Of a DNA stretch of 64,000 nt, positions 38,768 through 48,619 are shown piece after piece. The position numbers were made by a program, and so were the translations under genes. This stretch comes from Escherichia phage vB_Eco_ZCEC15. The notes below the pieces were generated by a model that made no database searches, was not told the DNA's origin, and worked only from the letters and a program-made list of their open reading frames with translations. How positions within the stretch are numbered: the stretch's first letter is position 1; every line of letters starts with the position of its first letter. The stretch is taken from sequence record PQ871103.1. One strand, given 5' to 3'.

Positions 38768-38941
38768 ATTAAATGACGTTTTCAATAAAATTCTGAAGCT
38801 TTGTGTGAGCATTAACCATGATTTTCATTTCTTCCTTTGCGAAAGCTGTACCTCTTTCTCGAGCAGAATACTCATAGTCAGAAACTGCATTAGCATATTC
38901 TTCAATTAGCTTCATTAAAAACATCTGCTTTTCAGTTTTCA
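38768..38941 (-). CDS. small protein, about 57 aa (own translation, MKTEKQMFLMKL...)
   Basis: Minus-strand ORF not in track; coordinates approximate. Confidence 0.3.
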
Positions 38942-39126
38942 TTATTCCACCTAATCATTTCAAGATATTGAACTAACTTAGCTTTGGATTTATCCAAATC
39001 CTTTTTAGCTGCTTCTATACCATCGTATGAGTATCCTTCACAATGCTCAACTGCTAATTGGTATGAATCTATTTCAATATCACGTGCTAATTTAATGATT
39101 TTTTCAAACTGTTCACTTGTCAGCAT
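38932..39126 (-). CDS. hypothetical protein, 64 aa
   Basis: ORF track. Confidence 0.45.
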   Translation of the reverse strand: MLTSEQFEKIIKLARDIEIDSYQLAVEHCEGYSYDGIEAAKKDLDKSKAKLVQYLEMIRWNNEN

Positions 39127-39128
39127 AC

Positions 39129-39368
39129 TTAAACTCTCGTATTATGATCGATAATTTCATCAAGAAACATATCTAAAGCTTCTACAGCATTATTAACTTT
39201 AGCTTCAAATTTTTCAATACCTTTATTTGCAATGCCTGCCGAAAACCAAGCAAAGTCACTAAGTTCCTCATCTGCTTTGCGAATTAAAGCTACCAATTCT
39301 TTAATTTTATCTGCTTGTTCAATTCTAGTCATTATTCCACCACATATGAAAGAGAGAATATTGCACAC
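39129..39368 (-). CDS. hypothetical protein, 79 aa
   Basis: ORF track. Confidence 0.45.
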   Translation of the reverse strand: MCNILSFICGGIMTRIEQADKIKELVALIRKADEELSDFAWFSAGIANKGIEKFEAKVNNAVEALDMFLDEIIDHNTRV

Positions 39369-39520
39369 GCCATATGAGTTGCAGCTTCATCACACATATC
39401 ATAACGTTTCTTAAGAAGTTCTACAAGTTCTTCACTAGTAACTTCATCCATGTCGACGAAAAAATCACCATTAATGATGACGTAGATATTTCCTTCTTGA
39501 TTGAGTGCTTCAATTTTCAT
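39332..39520 (-). CDS. hypothetical protein, about 62 aa from Met16
   Basis: GAGGAG SD before ATG at 39520; track gives 39332..39565. Confidence 0.45.
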   Translation of the reverse strand: MKIEALNQEGNIYVIINGDFFVDMDEVTSEELVELLKKRYDMCDEAATHMACAIFSLSYVVE

Positions 39521-39589
39521 GATGTTCTCCTCTTTATCCGATGGTTGTATAGTATCACGGCTCAAATTGAAAGTAAACTGGTAAAATGA

Positions 39590-39610
39590 AAAAAGTCTCC
39601 CGAAGGAGAC
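39590..39610 (-). terminator. intrinsic terminator (GUCUCC-UUCG-GGAGAC plus U-run on minus-strand RNA)
   Basis: Inverted repeat gtctcc/ggagac with cgaa loop and A5 on plus strand. Confidence 0.6.
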
Positions 39611-39615
39611 TAATG

Positions 39616-40002
39616 TTATTCGAGGGAAAGAAGATATTTGCTCTGGTAAAACATCCCAGTAATATCATCTATCGTGCTTTGAATGGCTGGAGGCATTTCT
39701 TTATAAATGCTGTTAGATTGGTCTAGTATGTGATCAATCATTTTAATTGTGTCGGTAGGAAGTTTACTGGCATCTGGAATAGAAGGCGTGTATTTTCTAC
39801 CAGAATACCCTAAATATTGCTCACCAAATTTATCAATCAAATCTGGCAATTCAGAGAAAATAAAATCGTATGCTTTGTGTCTAGCATAACTTTTAGTTTC
39901 AAAATGTGCAGAATGAAAATAAGCTTGTGCAGCCATTAATAAACCTAAGTATTCATCTGCCTTTGAAGGTTTTCCACTTTGTGAAAAGTCGCTGAATTTC
40001 AT
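39616..40002 (-). CDS. hypothetical protein, 128 aa (rI.-1 position)
   Basis: ORF track; position. Confidence 0.55.
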   Translation of the reverse strand: MKFSDFSQSGKPSKADEYLGLLMAAQAYFHSAHFETKSYARHKAYDFIFSELPDLIDKFGEQYLGYSGRKYTPSIPDASKLPTDTIKMIDHILDQSNSIYKEMPPAIQSTIDDITGMFYQSKYLLSLE

Positions 40003-40292
40003 TCAGTCTCCAATTTAATGTTCATAATTCTAGCGTATGATTGTGCCATCTCCGCGCCTCGCTCTATACATTCAAAATCGGAAGAGCACGGGTCATTTTT
40101 ATAAGTCGTTCGCATAAAACTATAGAACTGTTCAGATGATTCTACGCTTTTATTTTCAAAAAGCATATAAACGTGTCTAATACCAGATTCCATAAATTTA
40201 TCAAAATGAGGATCGACATTCGCTTCAATTGGTGGAGATAAAGCAAACGCTAATCCTAGCATGGCAAATAGTGCCGTTGCTTTTAAGGCCAT
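39999..40292 (-). CDS. rI: RI lysis-inhibition regulator, 97 aa, signal-anchor
   Basis: Sequence close to T4 RI as recalled. Confidence 0.8.
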   Translation of the reverse strand: MALKATALFAMLGLAFALSPPIEANVDPHFDKFMESGIRHVYMLFENKSVESSEQFYSFMRTTYKNDPCSSDFECIERGAEMAQSYARIMNIKLETE

Positions 40293-40304
40293 AAAGGCCT
40301 CCTA

Positions 40305-40517
40305 TCATTTTTGTCCTGTATTTACTTTATGCCGATGCACGGCCTTAACTTTATCAAGGTATTTTTCAAAATTTCGCAATCTAGTATAGTCTGCCGGAGA
40401 TTGGTTGAGTGATACTTCTCGACGCAAAGCTGAAATGATATTTCCAACTTCCCTACGAATTTCATCTAATTGAAGAACAGTAAGATTGCGAAGTTGCTTT
40501 TCAGTTAATTGTAGCAT
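40305..40517 (-). CDS. hypothetical protein, 70 aa (rI.1 position)
   Basis: ORF track. Confidence 0.55.
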
Positions 40518-40559
40518 ATATACCCCTTTAGTTAGATAAACCTATTTATAACTTTTGCA

Positions 40560-41141
40560 CTAACCGAGCTTTTTAGTTAATTCATTCCAATGTTTTCTAC
40601 ACAAAGAAACATAAATTTCATCACCAATACAGATTTGATTACCTTCTTTAACTGGTGTTCCATCTTCCATTAATCGAGCTGTCATAATAGCTTTTTTACC
40701 ACAATGACAAACTGCCTTTAGTTCAATAAGTTTATCTGCAATCGCCAAAAGTTCTTTAGAACCTTCAAATAATTTTCCAGCGAAATCAGTCCTTAGTCCA
40801 TAAGCCATAACAGGAACATTATATGTATCAACAATTCGGCTTAATTGATGCACCTGTTCAGTTTTTAAAAACTGGGCTTCATCTACAAATACACAATGAA
40901 TATCTTTTTGTGCTTCAGCCCATTTATAGAACTCAAAAATATCCATATCATCCGTAATAATATTCGCTTCCTGCTTAATTCCAATGCGAGAAACGACTTC
41001 ACAGACAGAATCACGAGTATCAATAGCAGGCTTAAGAACTAATACACCCATTCCGCGTTCTTTATAATTATGTGCAGCAGTCAAAAGAGAAGCAGATTTT
41101 CCAGCATTCATTGCTGCGTAAGTAAAAATTAAACTCGCCAT
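40560..41141 (-). CDS. tk: thymidine kinase, 193 aa
   Basis: P-loop AMNAGKS and zinc motif; matches T4 Tk. Confidence 0.95.
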   Translation of the reverse strand: MASLIFTYAAMNAGKSASLLTAAHNYKERGMGVLVLKPAIDTRDSVCEVVSRIGIKQEANIITDDMDIFEFYKWAEAQKDIHCVFVDEAQFLKTEQVHQLSRIVDTYNVPVMAYGLRTDFAGKLFEGSKELLAIADKLIELKAVCHCGKKAIMTARLMEDGTPVKEGNQICIGDEIYVSLCRKHWNELTKKLG

Positions 41142-41150
41142 ATCACCTTC

Positions 41151-41336
41151 TTAAAGCGTATTCACATAAGCTATTAATTCATTTTCTTTCTTATCAAACC
41201 GATCAGCAAATTCTTCCTGCTGTTCGGGAGATAGCGGGCCATATTCATCATAAAAGGTGTTTGCTTCTGTATGCTCATCTAGAAGTTCATGGATAAGCTC
41301 AAACAATTTATCTTTTTGTTCTTTACTCAGACTCAT
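41151..41336 (-). CDS. hypothetical protein, 61 aa (tk.1 position)
   Basis: ORF track. Confidence 0.5.
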   Translation of the reverse strand: MSLSKEQKDKLFELIHELLDEHTEANTFYDEYGPLSPEQQEEFADRFDKKENELIAYVNTL

Positions 41337-41506
41337 ATATTAATTTCCAGGAGTTTTAAAATAATTCGCTTTTGCTTAAATATTTCCATAGTTAAATGAC
41401 CAGTATCTTTTTGACCGATTCCAATGGCAAAACCTTTATTGACAGCGAGTTCAATTAAATTATCAAGCTCACATAACACTTCATATTGTAACTCAAAACT
41501 ATTCAT
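41333..41506 (-). CDS. small protein, about 57 aa (own translation, MNSFELQYEV...)
   Basis: ATGA start/stop overlaps with both neighbours; not in ORF track; coordinates approximate. Confidence 0.35.
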   Translation of the reverse strand: MNSFELQYEVLCELDNLIELAVNKGFAIGIGQKDTGHLTMEIFKQKRIILKLLEINI

Positions 41507-41730
41507 TTTGGTTTACCTTCTTTAACGAAATCGGGATAAGGATAAAATCCTGAATAAAATCCTTCACCTTTATGATTGATGCATCCTTTATTAGAACAAT
41601 AGCACCAATAATCGAAATCACAAGCCATTTCATCATTACATAAAGCAAAAACAACTGGCCATTCACACTTTTCGCAGTGGGCATTTTTAAGAATACTTGT
41701 TTGGCTCATAACCATGTAACCTTTAAACAA
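41503..41730 (-). CDS. Cys-rich small protein, 75 aa
   Basis: Multiple Cys/His (CEKCEW, CDFDYWCYCSNKGC). Confidence 0.5.
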   Translation of the reverse strand: MFKGYMVMSQTSILKNAHCEKCEWPVVFALCNDEMACDFDYWCYCSNKGCINHKGEGFYSGFYPYPDFVKEGKPK

Positions 41731-41918
41731 TATTCTTCTACGTGTTGTTTACGACCTTTCTTATCAATAAAGGTATATTCAACGAATGTTCCAATATAGT
41801 CTTTATCTACACCATGTGGACTATTAATTGGGCATTTAGTACGGCAAATGCGTTCCCATTGACGAATAATTTCCACTTTGTTTTTAGGATCAAACGGATG
41901 CGGGTAATGTACTTTCAT
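41706..41918 (-). CDS. hypothetical protein, 70 aa
   Basis: ORF track; GGTGGA SD upstream. Confidence 0.5.
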   Translation of the reverse strand: MKVHYPHPFDPKNKVEIIRQWERICRTKCPINSPHGVDKDYIGTFVEYTFIDKKGRKQHVEEYCLKVTWL

Positions 41919-42369
41919 AATCCACCACTATTAAATCAATATCAGGAGTAAACATGTCGATTAATTTAGAAACCTTATCCCAATCGCCGCCAGCAATACC
42001 GCAACCTATACGTGGAATGTAAATTACTGGTTTAAACAAAAGGGTTTCTGCCTGTAGATTTAATTCTATCATGCAGTTTACTAAAGCACCATAATCAAGA
42101 TTAGGACCCGGTTCGTATTGTGTATACAGGTTATAGCATATACCAAATCCCGTAGGACTATGTTTAAAAACAATAGACATATCGCCTAATTTATCACGAG
42201 AACCGTACTCGGTAGTGGTTTTATCTATTTCTAAAATTTTGGGATAGGCTCTTGCTAATTGACCCGCTACGCCAGAGCCCATTGTGTGGAAGCAATTGCA
42301 CCCGTGCGCAATAATATTACCTTGAAGAAATAGGGCGACAATATCGCCCTTGATATATTTTACAATCAT
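41890..42369 (-). CDS. macro-domain protein, 159 aa (tk.4 position)
   Basis: Motifs IAHGCNCF and GCGIAGG resemble macro-domain ADP-ribose-binding loops. Confidence 0.6.
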   Translation of the reverse strand: MIVKYIKGDIVALFLQGNIIAHGCNCFHTMGSGVAGQLARAYPKILEIDKTTTEYGSRDKLGDMSIVFKHSPTGFGICYNLYTQYEPGPNLDYGALVNCMIELNLQAETLLFKPVIYIPRIGCGIAGGDWDKVSKLIDMFTPDIDLIVVDYESTLPASV

Positions 42370-42713
42370 CTAGTACTCAATCCTCGATTATAAGAATCTA
42401 CTAAACGGTCAACCATTGAATGACAAGCGGCTTTATCTTTCTCCTCCGCAACTGAACATTCTAAGGTATTCCACTTTTTAGCATATCGTTTTAACAATGT
42501 ATCATTTTTGTATCTGCTTGATTTATCTCTTTCTCCGTCTTTATATGCATATATTAATTTCTGCGCAAATTCAGCTTGGCATGCTTTATTTTTCCCACAA
42601 TAATCCGCGGCAGTACGGTTTACATACTCTCTAATTTCAGTATATGATGTATCTGCTAACGCAGAAGCAGAAAATGAAATTAATCCTATACATAAAACCA
42701 AAATTTTAGTCAT
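42366..42713 (-). CDS. vs: Vs valyl-tRNA synthetase modifier, 115 aa, signal peptide
   Basis: Length and position as T4 vs. Confidence 0.7.
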   Translation of the reverse strand: MTKILVLCIGLISFSASALADTSYTEIREYVNRTAADYCGKNKACQAEFAQKLIYAYKDGERDKSSRYKNDTLLKRYAKKWNTLECSVAEEKDKAACHSMVDRLVDSYNRGLSTR

Positions 42714-43251
42714 TTACTATTTCCAAAAGTTTATTATTTTTAAGGTAATTAGCCTTTTCTAGGACTTCAGAAGCATATTTAGAACCTGCTTTAACATTCC
42801 ATCCCGAATTATAAGAGGATATCGCCTTTCTTATATCGCCCTTATGTATATTTAACCAATAAGAAAGTTCAATGTACGCCCAGGAAGCTGAATTGGACCG
42901 TTTATTCAACATTCTTTTTATTTCAGCATCGGTCATATTATAACCAAGTTCCTTAACTCTTGCTCGCATAGTAGGCAAATAATTTTGGAACATTCCATAG
43001 GCATGATGCTTTGGTTTAGATTTTAAATTAACTCCGGCAGAGCTTTCTTGCCATAAAATAGCAGCCATTATATGACCCAATCCGCTCTTGTGGATATTTT
43101 TGTGTGTTTTATATTTTCCATCCTTAGAAAATTGTTCCCCGAATTGATACGCGTAACGCATGTTATCGAGTTGGACATTACTGAAAGTATGCTCGGAGCT
43201 ATGCGCCATCATTGAAATGGCCAATAGACCAGCGAGTAGTGCTTTTCTCAT
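42706..43251 (-). CDS. secreted lytic transglycosylase-like protein, 181 aa (vs.1 position)
   Basis: Signal peptide; SLT-like motifs QESS, YGMFQ, SYNSGWN. Confidence 0.6.
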   Translation of the reverse strand: MRKALLAGLLAISMMAHSSEHTFSNVQLDNMRYAYQFGEQFSKDGKYKTHKNIHKSGLGHIMAAILWQESSAGVNLKSKPKHHAYGMFQNYLPTMRARVKELGYNMTDAEIKRMLNKRSNSASWAYIELSYWLNIHKGDIRKAISSYNSGWNVKAGSKYASEVLEKANYLKNNKLLEIVND

Positions 43252-43258
43252 GCTTACC

Positions 43259-43720
43259 TCATTGAGTTTTAATTACTGCTTTAGAAGCCTTTCCTGGTAA
43301 ACGACGACTGTTGATAATTGCCATCCTGCATTGAAGCGACGGGTCTTTGAACTTCGCATTAGGTTTACAAACTGTAAATCCAAGCCAAAGATTTCCATCT
43401 GTGATTTCTAAACGTCCAGGGCGATATTCAACCCCATCAATAAAATCCTCGTCAATGTCAGGACGCGGAGGCATACTCAGGAATTCATTAACTTCTAAAA
43501 CATGGTCTTTTATTTTGTGGAATAATTCAAAAACATATGTCTCATCAATCTCCCGTTGAATTGCACGATCAAGAAGATGCTGAGAATATTTTAGATGAAA
43601 CGATGAGACCCCTGCTGCTTTTGATGCCTCACGAATCTCATTGTTAATTTGACGAAACTCCGACTCAAAGTGACGACGAAGCTTATTTCGACGGATAAAA
43701 ACTTCTGTGTTGATAGTCAT
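43259..43720 (-). CDS. regB: RegB endoribonuclease, 153 aa
   Basis: Length and position as T4 regB. Confidence 0.85.
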   Translation of the reverse strand: MTINTEVFIRRNKLRRHFESEFRQINNEIREASKAAGVSSFHLKYSQHLLDRAIQREIDETYVFELFHKIKDHVLEVNEFLSMPPRPDIDEDFIDGVEYRPGRLEITDGNLWLGFTVCKPNAKFKDPSLQCRMAIINSRRLPGKASKAVIKTQ

Positions 43721-43779
43721 GTTATTCTCCTCTTAACTGATAGAAAAATTATACCACAGTCAAGAGGAAAAGTAAACAG

Positions 43780-44100
43780 TTATTCTTTAAATCTAATCAA
43801 TTTATTCATAGACTTTGAAACTTCTGCACGGACCTCATGTAGGTTTTTAAGCTGTTCAAGACGCTGCTCATAGTAAGCAATTTCATCTTCTTCGAGACAG
43901 TCCTGTGAATCTTCTTTAAGATAACGTGCATAGTCCTGGAAAGCTTTACGGACTACTTCTTGGAAGTCATCAAGACTTTGAATTTTCTTAGGAGCAACAG
44001 ATACACGACGAGGGGCAGTATAATACTCATAACCAAACCCTGCGCTTAATTGAGCCATTAATATTTTTCCTCTGGTTGGAACACAGCACGACAAGCCCAC
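43780..44100 (-). CDS. hypothetical protein, 106 aa (vs.3 position)
   Basis: ORF track. Confidence 0.55.
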   Translation of the reverse strand: MGLSCCVPTRGKILMAQLSAGFGYEYYTAPRRVSVAPKKIQSLDDFQEVVRKAFQDYARYLKEDSQDCLEEDEIAYYEQRLEQLKNLHEVRAEVSKSMNKLIRFKE

Positions 44101-44360
44101 ATACTAGCTTCTTTGAGTTTCGTTTTAGCAATAGTTAACTGATCGAGGCTTTCAGCATAATTCTTTGCGAATTCGTAGTCTTCACAATTATCTAGTGCTT
44201 CCCAGAATTCATCATATAAAGCGTCAAAGATAAGTCCTAAACGAACTTCAGCGTCTTTGATAGCATTCACTTTATCGATTTTCTCTTCAGTGTGCGGCTT
44301 ATAACCTTTAATATCTTCAATCATATTTGACTTCCTCGCCCGTTCCCAAATCATATTCAA
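44058..44360 (-). CDS. Vs.4-position protein, about 94-100 aa; candidate Acb2-type cyclic-oligonucleotide sponge
   Basis: Position corresponds to T4 vs.4, which is the anti-CBASS protein Acb2; identity not verified by alignment. Confidence 0.5.
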   Translation of the reverse strand: MNMIWERARKSNMIEDIKGYKPHTEEKIDKVNAIKDAEVRLGLIFDALYDEFWEALDNCEDYEFAKNYAESLDQLTIAKTKLKEASMWACRAVFQPEEKY

Positions 44361-44538
44361 CTAAACGAATAGGTTCATAAATGCCATATCCCTGAACAGA
44401 AATTTCTGTCGTAGGATAAATTCCACTAATATCACCCATATTCCACGCTTCATTAAATTGCTGTTCGCCTGAATTACTAAACCATTCTGCGAAAGCATTT
44501 AACACATCTTTAGAACCTTCAATAATTATCTTTGCCAT
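44317..44538 (-). CDS. hypothetical protein, 73 aa (vs.5 position)
   Basis: ORF track. Confidence 0.5.
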   Translation of the reverse strand: MAKIIIEGSKDVLNAFAEWFSNSGEQQFNEAWNMGDISGIYPTTEISVQGYGIYEPIRLVEYDLGTGEEVKYD

Positions 44539-44900
44539 TACAAGCTCTCAGTAAAGGTACGAGCGATAACGTCGCGCTGCTGTTCCGGAGTCAGAGAGTT
44601 AAAGCGAACTGCATAACCGGATACACGGATGGTCAGCTGCGGATATTTTTCCGGATGCTTAACTGCATCTTCCAGAGTTTCACGACGCAGAACGTTAACG
44701 TTCAGGTGTTGACCACCTTCAATTTTAACTGTAGGTTGTGGTTCAATTTCAATTTCACGGGTGTGCAAACCGTAGAAAATTTCTGGGTCTACAAAAGAAT
44801 CCTCTTTAAAGGTTTTAGAAACAATAATTCGTGCTTGAATACCATCTTCAAAATAAATAGTACCTTTATGTGTGCCTTCAAGAATTTGATATGCTTTCAT
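44538..44900 (-). CDS. autonomous glycyl-radical cofactor GrcA/YfiD-like protein, 120 aa
   Basis: Glycyl-radical motif RVSGYAVRF; C-terminal half essentially identical to E. coli GrcA as recalled. Confidence 0.85.
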   Translation of the reverse strand: MKAYQILEGTHKGTIYFEDGIQARIIVSKTFKEDSFVDPEIFYGLHTREIEIEPQPTVKIEGGQHLNVNVLRRETLEDAVKHPEKYPQLTIRVSGYAVRFNSLTPEQQRDVIARTFTESL

Positions 44901-44906
44901 ATAACC

Positions 44907-45287
44907 TCAATTAGAAAATAAATTTATCCAAGATTGTTCTTTAATTAAAAATGGCTCAGAATCGTATGCCATTAAACTTTGGGTGATTAGTCCTTTAAAA
45001 GGTCCATCAATAAATTCCATGGTAAAATATGGAATTTTATTCATTAATCTTGCATTAGGAGCAGTACACAAAACTCTGCATCCTTTGAATACACCTTTTT
45101 GCAATTTGTATTGCTTAGGATAAAATTCGCTCAAGACGTTGTTATTTGCCAAAATTTCAAAATGATTCACCAATTTATTTTTAATAGTTTTTGGCGAAAA
45201 ATAAAGATATTCGAAAAGCTGTGTGTCTGTCATCATTGCATTCCGATTACGAAAAACTGCGGACGAGTAATACCACCAATGCAACAT
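44907..45287 (-). CDS. hypothetical protein, 126 aa (vs.7 position)
   Basis: ORF track. Confidence 0.55.
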   Translation of the reverse strand: MLHWWYYSSAVFRNRNAMMTDTQLFEYLYFSPKTIKNKLVNHFEILANNNVLSEFYPKQYKLQKGVFKGCRVLCTAPNARLMNKIPYFTMEFIDGPFKGLITQSLMAYDSEPFLIKEQSWINLFSN

Positions 45288-45823
45288 TTACTATTACAGC
45301 AGTGTTGCACAGTTTCAATATGAATATCGTAAATTTTATCCATATCAGGAGATTTAACAGGCTCATCGATTATATACAAAATTCGCGAAAGAGATAAACC
45401 TCTGAACTTGCTTCCTTTATTACCGATAAAACTACGGACAGAATCAGTAAATAAACGGAATCGAATATCATCGCTAGAATAACGAGAAAATTCTTTTTTA
45501 ATGTGGTCCGCAGAAATTTTAGCGTAAGATGAAGTATTAGAAAGAACAATAACTGTTCCACCGTCATACAACCAATTAGCAGCAAAGTTAGTCACAGCAA
45601 TTGATTTACCGGATTGACGTCCACCATCTAGTCGAAGTGTGCAGTATTCTTTAAATAAATGTGGCGAATCAGGTACATAAAATCCACTATTACAAATTTC
45701 TTCTACTCTAGCATCAGAATGGTGTGTAAAAGCATTCATCAGGGATAGATAAGGACCAGTTAAAAATGTTCTCATTTTGTTATCTCTAAATTTGGGCCAT
45801 TCCATGGCGCATGAATTTTCCAT
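45233..45823 (-). CDS. P-loop-containing hypothetical protein, 196 aa (vs.8 position)
   Basis: GGRQSGKS Walker-A-like motif. Confidence 0.55.
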   Translation of the reverse strand: MENSCAMEWPKFRDNKMRTFLTGPYLSLMNAFTHHSDARVEEICNSGFYVPDSPHLFKEYCTLRLDGGRQSGKSIAVTNFAANWLYDGGTVIVLSNTSSYAKISADHIKKEFSRYSSDDIRFRLFTDSVRSFIGNKGSKFRGLSLSRILYIIDEPVKSPDMDKIYDIHIETVQHCCNSKCCIGGITRPQFFVIGMQ

Positions 45824-45920
45824 TTCTGTATTTACCCATTACCGCACTTGGGCTCGACCTTATTACAGGTTGGCGGGAATCCCTCATAGAATCATGAGGT
45901 CCAGCTTGTTCCCATGTTAT

Positions 45921-46337
45921 TTAAATGTAAATATTTTTGCCGTAATACTTATACCAGTGTGGCTTCATTAAAATTTTTTCATCGAGTCGTTGTTGACTCA
46001 ACTTAATAGCTGATTTGCATGGATTATAATCATTTTTCCATTCTACTGGAATATCGCTGATGTCAGGAACTTCAGTATCTTTTATACTGAACCCGCGTTT
46101 TAAGCATTCCGTTATAATGTCCGATTGACGCTTTCGCAAAAATTCTAACTTATCATAAAAGAACGTAACATGACCAGAACCTAAAATAAACTCGGAAGAT
46201 ATTTTAAAATCTTTAACCCGCTTACCATTTGCTACATGTTTACGAACTATACCAAAAACACGCGGCAATTCACGGTATTCTGCGATTAAATGTTGATCAG
46301 CAAGTTCAGATACTAAAGTCAAATTAATACGAGTCAT
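45921..46337 (-). CDS. denV: endonuclease V DenV (pyrimidine-dimer glycosylase), 138 aa
   Basis: N-terminus [17 protein letters not shown] and length match T4 DenV with substitutions. Confidence 0.9.
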   Translation of the reverse strand: MTRINLTLVSELADQHLIAEYRELPRVFGIVRKHVANGKRVKDFKISSEFILGSGHVTFFYDKLEFLRKRQSDIITECLKRGFSIKDTEVPDISDIPVEWKNDYNPCKSAIKLSQQRLDEKILMKPHWYKYYGKNIYI

Positions 46338-46351
46338 TTTATCCCTCCAAG

Positions 46352-46390
46352 CAATTGTGAATATACTATCACAATTCTAGGAGAAAGTAA
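46352..46390 (-). promoter_or_regulatory. early promoter with dyad ATTGTGA/TCACAAT flanking the -10 region, upstream of denV
   Basis: GTTTAC -35, inverted repeat around -10, GGAGGG SD before denV ATG. Confidence 0.45.
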
Positions 46391-46396
46391 ACAACT

Positions 46397-46927
<531 letters not shown>

Positions 46928-47383
46928 TTAAAAGAGGCTGTTCATTATTCGGTAAAGTGAAGGGCCCATCACATATTGCCACTGAGTACGAGGAATAAGA
47001 GCAAAAGCATCCATCTCTGGAATCATAACGCCATCTTTATTTTCAAAATAAGACTCGCAATGGCAATTTCTAAACATCTCATGCTCTACTGGAATCGTAT
47101 AATAAAATAACTGTAAGTCTTTATTACTAGAATATTTAAATACACCTAAGTCTTCTAGAAGGTCTGGATTATAATTGCTAAAGCCAGTCTCTTCTAAGCA
47201 TTCTCTTCGTGCTGCATCTAGTGCGCTTAAATCAGAACTTTCTACACGCCCCTTTGGAATATCCCAGCGATGTGCCATCATTCCATGTTTACGAGAACCA
47301 GTAACTCGTCCCATAAATAAATCTTTATCTTCTGTCATAAAGATAATACCAGCTGATAGTGTTTTCATTTTAATTTCCTGCAT
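46928..47383 (-). CDS. nudE: NudE Nudix hydrolase, 151 aa
   Basis: Nudix box GRVESSDLSALDAARRECLEETGF. Confidence 0.9.
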   Translation of the reverse strand: MQEIKMKTLSAGIIFMTEDKDLFMGRVTGSRKHGMMAHRWDIPKGRVESSDLSALDAARRECLEETGFSNYNPDLLEDLGVFKYSSNKDLQLFYYTIPVEHEMFRNCHCESYFENKDGVMIPEMDAFALIPRTQWQYVMGPSLYRIMNSLF

Positions 47384-47853
47384 TCAGTGATAAAATTATT
47401 TAAATTTTGAGCATATTTCTTTTCATCAAAAATCTTTTGTTGTCTGCGCATCCGCCATGGCATTTCAATGAACATGTACCATATTCCTGATAATATTGAT
47501 GCTGTAAAAATATTAACAAGTATGGTTAAAAGAATCCAATCTCCTATTCTGTCCATTGGATTTTTTATAAAAAAGTAAAATACGAATGATGACACAGGAA
47601 GACTAATGATATACCACAGAATCATAATCTTATCTGTGAACCATTCAGCATTCGTTAACTTAGCACGACCATTATGAATACACACGAATTTATCATCTGT
47701 TACAGTAGATGGCTTAACTGCTTGATATCCCATTCTAAACTCCCTAATTAATCGTTTCTTTGTATCTTCAGAACAGCCGCTCCAGTCAACTCTATCAACT
47801 GAAATGCCATCGTCCCCATCATCTAAATCATACCAGTGAGTTTTTAAAATCAT
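47365..47853 (-). CDS. membrane protein, 162 aa, C-terminal CRKLK (e.2 position)
   Basis: Hydrophobic helices; C-terminal motif shared with next three ORFs. Confidence 0.6.
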   Translation of the reverse strand: MILKTHWYDLDDGDDGISVDRVDWSGCSEDTKKRLIREFRMGYQAVKPSTVTDDKFVCIHNGRAKLTNAEWFTDKIMILWYIISLPVSSFVFYFFIKNPMDRIGDWILLTILVNIFTASILSGIWYMFIEMPWRMRRQQKIFDEKKYAQNLNNFITECRKLK

Positions 47854-48224
47854 TTAATTTTCCTACAATCACTCACAAACTCTTCCATTGATTCTTTTTC
47901 AATATAAGACATATAGCTATTATATTCCTTTAATTGTATTTTGTAATCCTTTTTTCTTTGCCAATTTATTTTAAAATTATCATAATGAAAATATAACACG
48001 GTACCAAAGAATGAAAATAATGAAATTGCTATAGTATAATGAAGTTCACTCCAAACTTCTATTATATCTACTATACCGCTGACGTTACTGCGGATGTTTA
48101 AAATAAAACAGTCAATTAACAATCCAATAAAACTACCCGCAAGAGCTGCAGCCAATGCCACAGCAAAAATTGAAAATGACTCAGAAAAAGAATATTTGAC
48201 TTTATTTAGTTTTGGCTTTTGCAT
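47850..48224 (-). CDS. membrane protein, 124 aa, C-terminal CRKIK (e.3 position)
   Basis: As above. Confidence 0.6.
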   Translation of the reverse strand: MQKPKLNKVKYSFSESFSIFAVALAAALAGSFIGLLIDCFILNIRSNVSGIVDIIEVWSELHYTIAISLFSFFGTVLYFHYDNFKINWQRKKDYKIQLKEYNSYMSYIEKESMEEFVSDCRKIK

Positions 48225-48619
48225 CGTGATTCCTTAACAAATTTCATAATTTCATCAAATTCATACATATCTAGCTTAAGCTGGTGTTCCTTTTTAATCT
48301 TTTTACACTGAGCTTTCCAATCACGTACGCGTTTACGATAATGCCTTCCTTGATACCAGTATCCTACCCAATTTACGGGTACTAATAAAAGTGGAACTAT
48401 TAATGGAAGAATTAGCATTAACACAAGTATTTCGCCAGAATCAATATCAGTCATAACATCTAAAACACCTCCAATAATCAATAGAATTACAAATGATATG
48501 AGTATAACAGGACCTATTAACACATCAGTAGAAATTATCTGACGCTTTGGTTCATACTTCAACGGTTTACTTGGAAGGTATAGTGATGGCTTTGACATAT
48601 TCTCTACATTCCTTAACAA
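48206..48619 (-). CDS. membrane protein, 137 aa, C-terminal CKKIKK and CKSQN (e.4 position)
   Basis: As above. Confidence 0.6.
   Translation of the reverse strand: MLRNVENMSKPSLYLPSKPLKYEPKRQIISTDVLIGPVILISFVILLIIGGVLDVMTDIDSGEILVLMLILPLIVPLLLVPVNWVGYWYQGRHYRKRVRDWKAQCKKIKKEHQLKLDMYEFDEIMKFVKESRCKSQN

Noticed and set aside
41499-41684. 61-aa hydrophobic ORF overlapping the Cys-rich 75-aa ORF
   Set aside because: Two frames cannot both be used over the same span; the Cys-rich frame has the more protein-like composition. This choice has low confidence.
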